Below, in pieces: positions 55,987 through 64,000 of a DNA stretch of 64,000 nucleotides (the stretch's first letter is position 1; every line of letters begins with the position of its first letter). Origin of the DNA: Bacilli bacterium. GTDB taxonomy: Bacteria > Bacillota_I > Bacilli_A > RF39 > UBA660. The stretch covers positions 4,321-68,320 of the forward strand of contig JAEDES010000004.1 of NCBI GenBank assembly GCA_016293205.1, given 5' to 3'. Both the position numbers and the translations under genes were made by a program. The notes below the pieces were generated by a model, which saw nothing but the letters and a program-made list of their open reading frames with translations, did not search any database and was not told where the DNA came from.

Positions 55987-57433
55987 TATTTTCACCTCTT
56001 ACTTCTAGGTTTAAGTTTAATTCTTTTTCAATGAAATTTGCTAATTGGTATATTTTTGCTTCTTCAAAAGAATTTCCTATGATATGTAATCCAATTGGCA
56101 TATGTTCTTTATCAAATCCTACTGGTACATTTAATCCTGGTAATCCAGCCATATTTACTGGAATTACTAGCACATCATCCATGAATGTTTTTCTTGGATC
56201 ATCCATTGAATCTGTTAAATTATATGCTGTTGTTGTTGTCGTTGGACCAATGATTAAATCATAATTTTCAAATACTTTTGTAAATTCTTTTTTCATATCA
56301 TCTCTAATTGATAGAGCTTTATTATAATATGTTTTGGCATTTTCACCACTTAGTAAATATGAACCGACCATGATTCTTCTTTTTACTTCGTTTCCAAATC
56401 CTTCTTGTCTTGTTCCATAGTATAAGTCTTCAATATTTTCTGGATTTTCTTTTGAATGACCATATCTAATTCCATCGAATCTTGCTAAGTTAGAACTTGC
56501 TTCTCCCATAGCAATAATTTGATATAGTGTTACAGCATTTTCTAAGTATTTTACATCTACATAGTCTACTACTGCTCCCTTATCTTTTAACATTTTAATT
56601 GTTTCTTCAATTTGAATTCTAATATTATCTTCAACGATATCACTCATAAAATAATTTGGAACTGCTATTTTCATGCCTTTAATATCTTGTCCAATTAATC
56701 TTGTGAAATCTTCAACTGGCTTGTTTGCAGATGTTAAGTCTTTTTCGTCTTTACCTACTATAGCATTTAGTAATAAAGCATTTTCATAAACATTTCTTGT
56801 CATTGGACCAATTTGGTCTAGACTTGAAGCAAATGCTACTAACCCATATCTAGAAATTCTTCCATATGTTGGTTTCATGCCTACGATTCCGCAGTAACTT
56901 GCAGGTTGTCTAATTGAACCTCCTGTGTCACTACCTAATGCTAGTGGTACATCACGAGAGGCAATAGTTGTTGCTGATCCTCCTGATGATCCTCCAGATA
57001 TTTTTTCATTATTCCATGGGTTTTTTGGTGCTCCAAAATAACTTGTTCTACTTGATGAACCCATTGCAAATTCATCCATATTTGTTTTACCGATAATAAT
57101 CATATTCTTTTCTTTTAATTTTTCTACAATTGTAGCATCATATATTGGAGTAAAGTTATCTAACATATGAGATGCACATGTAGTTCTTAATCCTTTTGTT
57201 ATGATATTATCTTTAACTGCTATTGGTATTCCAAACAATACATTATCTACTTCTTTATCTTCTAATTCTTTTGCTTGTTTTAAAGCTTCTTCTTTATTTA
57301 AAGTAATGTATGCATTTAAATCTTTATTTTCTTCAATTCTTGCAAATGCTTCTTCTACTAAATCAATTGGCTTAATTGTTTTACTTTTTAATAGTTCGTG
57401 TAATTCTTCTATGCTTTTATCTAAATATCTCAT
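55979..57433 (-). CDS. gatA: aspartyl/glutamyl-tRNA amidotransferase subunit A
   Basis: Amidase signature GGSSGGSA...GSDTGGSIRQPA. Start at the ATG at 57431-57433 after GAGGAGG. Confidence 0.95.
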   Translation of the reverse strand: MRYLDKSIEELHELLKSKTIKPIDLVEEAFARIEENKDLNAYITLNKEEALKQAKELEDKEVDNVLFGIPIAVKDNIITKGLRTTCASHMLDNFTPIYDATIVEKLKEKNMIIIGKTNMDEFAMGSSSRTSYFGAPKNPWNNEKISGGSSGGSATTIASRDVPLALGSDTGGSIRQPASYCGIVGMKPTYGRISRYGLVAFASSLDQIGPMTRNVYENALLLNAIVGKDEKDLTSANKPVEDFTRLIGQDIKGMKIAVPNYFMSDIVEDNIRIQIEETIKMLKDKGAVVDYVDVKYLENAVTLYQIIAMGEASSNLARFDGIRYGHSKENPENIEDLYYGTRQEGFGNEVKRRIMVGSYLLSGENAKTYYNKALSIRDDMKKEFTKVFENYDLIIGPTTTTTAYNLTDSMDDPRKTFMDDVLVIPVNMAGLPGLNVPVGFDKEHMPIGLHIIGNSFEEAKIYQLANFIEKELNLNLEVRGENND

Positions 57434-57434
57434 A

Positions 57435-57737
57435 TTAAGCCTCCTCACTAATTACAACTGGAACTTCAATATAATTTCCACTGTGACGCGGAGCGTTTTC
57501 CACTACTTCTTTTGGATTTAACATTTCTTTTGATGTGTCTTCTCTTAATGTTGTTGGCGCATACCAACTAGCAATTAAAATTTCATCATCATATCCTTTA
57601 ACGTCATTTATTTTTTCAACATCATTTAAAAGCTGCTTTAACTGTACTTGGTATCTTTCTATCTCTTCTTCTGTAATTTTTATACGAGCTAGTTCTGCTA
57701 CATGTAGTACTTCTTCTCTTGTTAACTTTTCTTCCAT
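57435..57737 (-). CDS. gatC: aspartyl/glutamyl-tRNA amidotransferase subunit C
   Basis: 100 aa: EVLHVAELARIKITEEE...LREDT. Sits immediately upstream of gatA. Confidence 0.9.
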   Translation of the reverse strand: MEEKLTREEVLHVAELARIKITEEEIERYQVQLKQLLNDVEKINDVKGYDDEILIASWYAPTTLREDTSKEMLNPKEVVENAPRHSGNYIEVPVVISEEA

Positions 57738-57763
57738 GATGGTTTCCTCCCTTAACTTTCCTT

Positions 57764-57772
57764 ATTATATCA
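57764..57772 (-). promoter_or_regulatory. extended -10 element upstream of gatCAB
   Basis: TGATATAAT on the minus strand, ~25 nt upstream of the GGGAGG RBS. The -35 box is weak. Confidence 0.45.
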
Positions 57773-57810
57773 CAGTTTTGTTATATACAAAACGAGATAT
57801 AAGTATTTTT

Positions 57811-57842
57811 TCAAAAAAAATAAGAGTTTTTCAACTCTTATT
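57811..57842 (-). terminator. rho-independent terminator
   Basis: AATAAGAGTT-GAAA-AACTCTTATT followed by T8 on minus. It overlaps the stop codon. Confidence 0.8.
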
Positions 57843-58635
57843 ATTCAATTATTCCTTTTATGAAACATCCTTCTAATTCAATAGTATTTGGTTCTGTTTC
57901 AGTTTTTGCTTTAAATACTTTAGCAGTTCCTAATAAATGAACTTTTTCTCCCGCATTATATGTAGACATAATTACTTCATCAGTTAAATTTCCTTTTACA
58001 AGTAATGAATATTTTCCGCCAGCATCAACATATTCAATTTCTACTAATTTCTTTTCTTCATCTATTTTAGAAATTTCTCCAATTACTTCTAAGTATTGAT
58101 TATGGAATTTTTTACTTACAACATTTTTATCTCTTTCAAATTCTAATGCTAAGTCTAGAACATCAATTTTTGTAGATACTACTGAGTATGGCATAAACCA
58201 AGATCCTACTACTTTACCTTTACGACCTTCAGTTACATTATAATTTATTACTTTATAACCTAATCCATAATATACTCTAGTTCCACCATCTTTGTATGTT
58301 TTAAAATTAATAGCAAAGAATGGTCCTGAGTCGTATCTTGCTACAGCAATTACATCTACTGCAGTAATAATTAATAATACTACGATAATTCCAAATACGG
58401 CATTAATAATCTTTCTATAAAACTCATTTTGATCTTTTAATTTCTTTTTACTTTTACGACGTGTAGTTTTTTTCTTTTTTGGTTTTTCTTCTACTTCATC
58501 TTCATCGTCATCAAAATCTAGTTCTTCATAATCTTCATCTAGATCCAAATCATCTTCTTTATATTCTTCTAATCCTTTGATTTTTGTTCTCTTCTTTGTT
58601 TTTTGTGTTTTGTTTTTAGCTGCTACTTTTTTCAT
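57841..58635 (-). CDS. hypothetical membrane-anchored protein with a charged low-complexity N-terminus
   Basis: Basic then acidic N-terminal tail (DLDLDEDYEELDFDDDEDEVEE), one TM helix, and a ~160-aa beta-rich domain. Confidence 0.55.
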   Translation of the reverse strand: MKKVAAKNKTQKTKKRTKIKGLEEYKEDDLDLDEDYEELDFDDDEDEVEEKPKKKKTTRRKSKKKLKDQNEFYRKIINAVFGIIVVLLIITAVDVIAVARYDSGPFFAINFKTYKDGGTRVYYGLGYKVINYNVTEGRKGKVVGSWFMPYSVVSTKIDVLDLALEFERDKNVVSKKFHNQYLEVIGEISKIDEEKKLVEIEYVDAGGKYSLLVKGNLTDEVIMSTYNAGEKVHLLGTAKVFKAKTETEPNTIELEGCFIKGIIE

Positions 58636-58694
58636 ATTTTCACCTCTCTACTATAGGCACATTGTACCATATTTTTTTTATTATTACAATGTAA

Positions 58695-60680
<1,986 letters not shown>

Positions 60681-61817
60681 CTATCCTCTTTGTCTTTCTT
60701 TTCTTATGTCTCCTAGTGTATCATGAGAATAATATTTAGGATCCATAATATCTATTATTTCGTCTAAGTTATTATTACTTAAATAGAAATCAGCATTCTC
60801 TGCAGAAAACACTCCTCTATTAGAATCTATTATTTTAATTCTTCCATCTTCTATAGATACAATCGCTCCTTCAGAAAATGATATTTCTTGATTAACAAAA
60901 ATATCTGCATGTATTAGTTTATTTTCTTTGTATGTATCTTCTGATATTTTTCCTTGATCTAGAAGCATTTTTTGTTTTCTTAAATATATTTCTGCTATTC
61001 GTTTACGTAGTGCTTTAAATTCTTTTTCTTTTTGTTCTATTGGTACTGGTTTAGTATGTAACTTATCAAAATCTCTTAAAAATGTAATTATTTCTTCCAC
61101 TGATGCATACTTTGTTAATTCTTGTATCAATCCATATAAATCAGCTTCAAAATATAATTTTTCCATTTTTACTCTACCAATAATTTTTTCAAATTCATAT
61201 GCAATGCTTTGTTCATGTAAGTATGAATCATCAAAATAATCTGGAAAGAAATGTTGTTGATTAAGATGTTCTGTATATCCTTCGTTTAAAGCTATTCCAA
61301 GATTAGTTTTTGTTTTTTTATTTATTTGCTGAAATCCACAACATAATACTTGATCGTCTTCTTTGCTTGTTGCCATATGTAATAGTTCATGGGCAATAAT
61401 ATTTCTTAATTTATGTTCATTTTTATCAACAACATACATTTTATTTCTTCTTTGATCATATTCTGCTGCTGTTGATTCTCCAGATAATAAAATATTTAAA
61501 TAATCAAGTAAATCTTTTCTTCTTTCTTTTATTTTTAGAGTTTTAAAATTCTTATAAAAAAGTGATAAATTACAGTGACCAAATTTACTATCTAGAAGTT
61601 CATAAAATTCTGAGACCATCTTATTGTATTTATCAAAATGTAAGTATTGATTTATTTGATAATTACCATGATAAACTTGTGCAGTTTGAGCTACTATTTG
61701 ACCTATTTGCGGTTCTTTTTTTATAGTTGTTTTTTCTGGAATATGCGAAAATACTGATAAAAAAATATTTATTGCAATTGGTAATTCTCTTTCATTAATT
61801 ATTCCTTGTTTTACCAT
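60681..61817 (-). CDS. hypothetical protein with HExxH...NEGxxE motifs (putative gluzincin-type metallopeptidase)
   Basis: HELLH at 61377-61391, then LNEGYTEHL 29 residues later. Start moved to the ATG at 61815-61817 (MVKQG) after AGGTGA; the track N-terminus overlaps the upstream gene. Confidence 0.55.
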   Translation of the reverse strand: MVKQGIINERELPIAINIFLSVFSHIPEKTTIKKEPQIGQIVAQTAQVYHGNYQINQYLHFDKYNKMVSEFYELLDSKFGHCNLSLFYKNFKTLKIKERRKDLLDYLNILLSGESTAAEYDQRRNKMYVVDKNEHKLRNIIAHELLHMATSKEDDQVLCCGFQQINKKTKTNLGIALNEGYTEHLNQQHFFPDYFDDSYLHEQSIAYEFEKIIGRVKMEKLYFEADLYGLIQELTKYASVEEIITFLRDFDKLHTKPVPIEQKEKEFKALRKRIAEIYLRKQKMLLDQGKISEDTYKENKLIHADIFVNQEISFSEGAIVSIEDGRIKIIDSNRGVFSAENADFYLSNNNLDEIIDIMDPKYYSHDTLGDIRKERQRG

Positions 61818-61887
61818 GTTATCACCTATAAATATTATATCATTTTTAGTATATAAAAAGAAGATATTTGACATATCTTCTTTTGTT

Positions 61888-62805
61888 TTATTTTTCCCAT
61901 AAATGATTTGGATATTCATTAATATCAACTAAGTTTTTAATTGATGCTTTTACATTATCCATATCCTCACGATAAGTTACACCATACCATGTTGAAGTTG
62001 TTTTTAATGCTTTACATGTAGCATATTTATCTTCAATTGCATTAAATAATACATCTGGAATTAAATATTCACATTTTTCTAAGTTATCTTTATTAGCATC
62101 TAAGAAAGCTGGAAATCCATCTTCAATATATTCAAAAACACTTGGAGTGAATAATAACATATTCATTGATACTGTATCATCTTCTTGTACTTCGAATGCA
62201 GGTTGTCCACTTAATGGAGTTGCAATAATTTTATCATCAACTCTTTGTACTGAACTTTCTGTTAGTTTTACTAACGAATCTCCTGATACTTCACATACCC
62301 CACGTTTTACTGAACCATTTTCTGTAATTGTATTTTTTACTAAGTATCCTACCATTCCATATGGATAAGGTCTTTCATCTTTTAGTTCTTTTAAGAATTT
62401 AGCACCTTGCATGAAGGCATCTCTTCCATAGAAATCATCGGCATTAATAATCATGAATGGTTCATGAACATTATTTTTACAACATAAAATAGCATGTGCA
62501 GTTCCTAATGGTTTAACTCTATCAGCAGGCATTTCATATCCTGTTGGAAGGTTATCATTCTTTTGGAAACAGTATTCTACATTGATATGAGGTTCAACTC
62601 TTGCACCAATTGTTTCTTTAAAAATATCATAATTTTCTTCTTTAATTAAGAAAACAATTTTTGTAAACCCTGCTTTAATAGCATCATATACAGAGTAGTC
62701 AATAATAAACTCTCCATTAGGTCCCATTGGTTCAATTTGTTTTAGTCCTCCAAATCTACTTCCCATTCCGGCAGCTAAAATAACTAGTGTAATATCTTTA
62801 TTCAT
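61888..62805 (-). CDS. sugar-phosphate nucleotidyltransferase family protein
   Basis: LVILAAGMGSRFGGLKQIEPMG (G-x-G-t-R-type NTP-transferase loop). 305 aa. Confidence 0.72.
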   Translation of the reverse strand: MNKDITLVILAAGMGSRFGGLKQIEPMGPNGEFIIDYSVYDAIKAGFTKIVFLIKEENYDIFKETIGARVEPHINVEYCFQKNDNLPTGYEMPADRVKPLGTAHAILCCKNNVHEPFMIINADDFYGRDAFMQGAKFLKELKDERPYPYGMVGYLVKNTITENGSVKRGVCEVSGDSLVKLTESSVQRVDDKIIATPLSGQPAFEVQEDDTVSMNMLLFTPSVFEYIEDGFPAFLDANKDNLEKCEYLIPDVLFNAIEDKYATCKALKTTSTWYGVTYREDMDNVKASIKNLVDINEYPNHLWEK

Positions 62806-62825
62806 AATATTCCTCCTTTTACTAA

Positions 62826-64000
62826 TTATACTTTTGATAGCTTTTTATGATTTTTCATTAGTTTCTTTATTCCATGTGGATGTTTGAATGCAACACTTAC
62901 TAATGTATTTGTTACTTCAACAATTTTACCAGTTCCAAATGTTTCGTGATATACGAAGTCACCCACTTGGTAATCCACGTCTTCTTCCCTAAATACTTCT
63001 TTTTTATCTATCTTTTCTACTTTTTGTGGTATTTCATCTTTAACATTTGATTCCATTAAGTCAGCAGGAATCTCACTTATAAATCTACTTACTGGATTAA
63101 TTTGTTCTTTACCGAATAAAGTACGGCGACGTGCATTTATTAGATGTAGATCATCTTTTGCTCTTGTTATAGCTACATAACATAGTCGTCTTTCTTCTTC
63201 TAGTTCAGAATTTTCCATTAGTGAATTCATATGTGGGAAGATTCCTTCTTCCATACCAACTACGAATACATGATTAAATTCTAGTCCTTTTACTGAGTGA
63301 ACAGTCATTAAAGAAATTCTATTTGGATCATCTTTATATTCTTCTACATCACTTATTAAACTAATCTCTAATAAGAAATCTTCTAATGATATTAATCCTT
63401 CTCTTTCTTCAAATGATTTTGTAATAGATTTAAATTCTTCTAAGTTTTCTAGACGAACTTCTGCTTCTAAGGATTTTTCTGATTCAAGTTCTGCTCTTAA
63501 TCCAGAAGCATCTAGTACTTTATCAATTAATTCTGTAAGAGTTAGTTCATCTGATAATAGTTTTAATTTTTCAATTGTTGATTTAAATTCTAATTCTTTT
63601 CCAGAAGATATTGCTTCATAAATACTTGTTCCATTTAAGTCAGCTTGTTCTGTTAGATTTTCAATTGTTTTTAAACCAATTCCTCTTTTTGGAGTGTTAA
63701 TAACTCTTAATAAACTAACATTGTCTTTTGAATTATGAATAAGTCTTAAGTATGCAATTAAGTCTTTAATTTCTTTTCTTGAATAGAAATAGAAACTTCC
63801 AATTACCCTATATGGTAAATTCTCTTTTAACATTTCTTCTTCAAGTACACGAGATTGTGCATTAGTTCTATATAGAACAGATATATCTTGATATTCAGTT
63901 CCTCTATTTACTAATTCTTTTACTTTTCTTATTACATATTGAGCTTCATCTCTTTCATTATATGCTCTATAGTATTTTATCTTTTCTCCTACACCTCTAT
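62826..64000 (-). CDS. pcrA: ATP-dependent DNA helicase PcrA/UvrD, C-terminal part (5' end beyond the right edge)
   Basis: The frame stays open to 64000, past the track ATG at 63833. Translation includes ...YRTNAQSRVLEEEMLKENLPYRVIGSFYFYSRKEIKD, VHSVKGLEF, YVAITRAK and the C-terminal HETFGTGKIVEV. Confidence 0.9.
   Translation of the reverse strand, partial: RGVGEKIKYYRAYNERDEAQYVIRKVKELVNRGTEYQDISVLYRTNAQSRVLEEEMLKENLPYRVIGSFYFYSRKEIKDLIAYLRLIHNSKDNVSLLRVINTPKRGIGLKTIENLTEQADLNGTSIYEAISSGKELEFKSTIEKLKLLSDELTLTELIDKVLDASGLRAELESEKSLEAEVRLENLEEFKSITKSFEEREGLISLEDFLLEISLISDVEEYKDDPNRISLMTVHSVKGLEFNHVFVVGMEEGIFPHMNSLMENSELEEERRLCYVAITRAKDDLHLINARRRTLFGKEQINPVSRFISEIPADLMESNVKDEIPQKVEKIDKKEVFREEDVDYQVGDFVYHETFGTGKIVEVTNTLVSVAFKHPHGIKKLMKNHKKLSKV

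Noticed and set aside
58636-58694. An 8-bp inverted repeat (ACATTGTA...TACAATGT) and a TGGTACAAT element between ligA and ORF 57841-58635.
   Set aside because: The 18-nt loop makes a functional terminator unlikely. The promoter reading is plausible but has a weak -35 box, so it is too uncertain to list as a feature.

Overview
Low-GC (AT-rich) Firmicute chromosomal segment, almost fully coding. It uses the standard bacterial code: TGA acts as a stop in the ATGA overlap at 31907-31910, so this is not a Mollicutes-type code. I found no rRNA, tRNA, CRISPR array, transposase or integrase. Layout: (i) 1-15.7 kb holds housekeeping and small accessory genes: an orphaned pyrH with a leader-ORF/terminator structure, two decayed gene remnants, dxs with an SDR and a flavin-reductase/rubredoxin gene, an M16 peptidase pair, a YlmH-like gene, a tightly packed FemAB operon and a DagK-like lipid kinase. 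(ii) 15.8-40.3 kb is a ~24.5 kb, all-minus-strand cell-wall glycopolymer locus cut into several transcription units by clear promoters and terminators. It contains rfbA and rfbB, a DegT aminotransferase, an LbH acetyltransferase, a TagGH-like ABC exporter, GT2/GT4/GT8 enzymes, GtrA/GtrB/GtrII-like parts, a UbiA-type phosphoribosyltransferase-like gene coupled to a HAD-phosphatase/polytopic-membrane fusion, and five large polytopic membrane proteins. (iii) 40.4-54.5 kb is an envelope block: a kinase-less six-PASTA protein, a 1174-aa secreted GH73-like protein, an LCP-PASTA fusion, LtaS, YihY and a degenerate GGDEF (DGNEF) sensor. (iv) 54.5-64 kb carries gatCAB, ligA and pcrA, with two extra genes inserted between pcrA and ligA. 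The best candidate for an undescribed system is the UbiA/HAD/polytopic-membrane module, which looks like a lipid-linked pentofuranose donor pathway of the mycobacterial type inside a Firmicute wall-polysaccharide locus. The next candidates are the PASTA-decorated LCP/autolysin block and a fusion of a polytopic membrane domain with a GH15-like domain. All family assignments come from motif reading by eye; no database search was possible.
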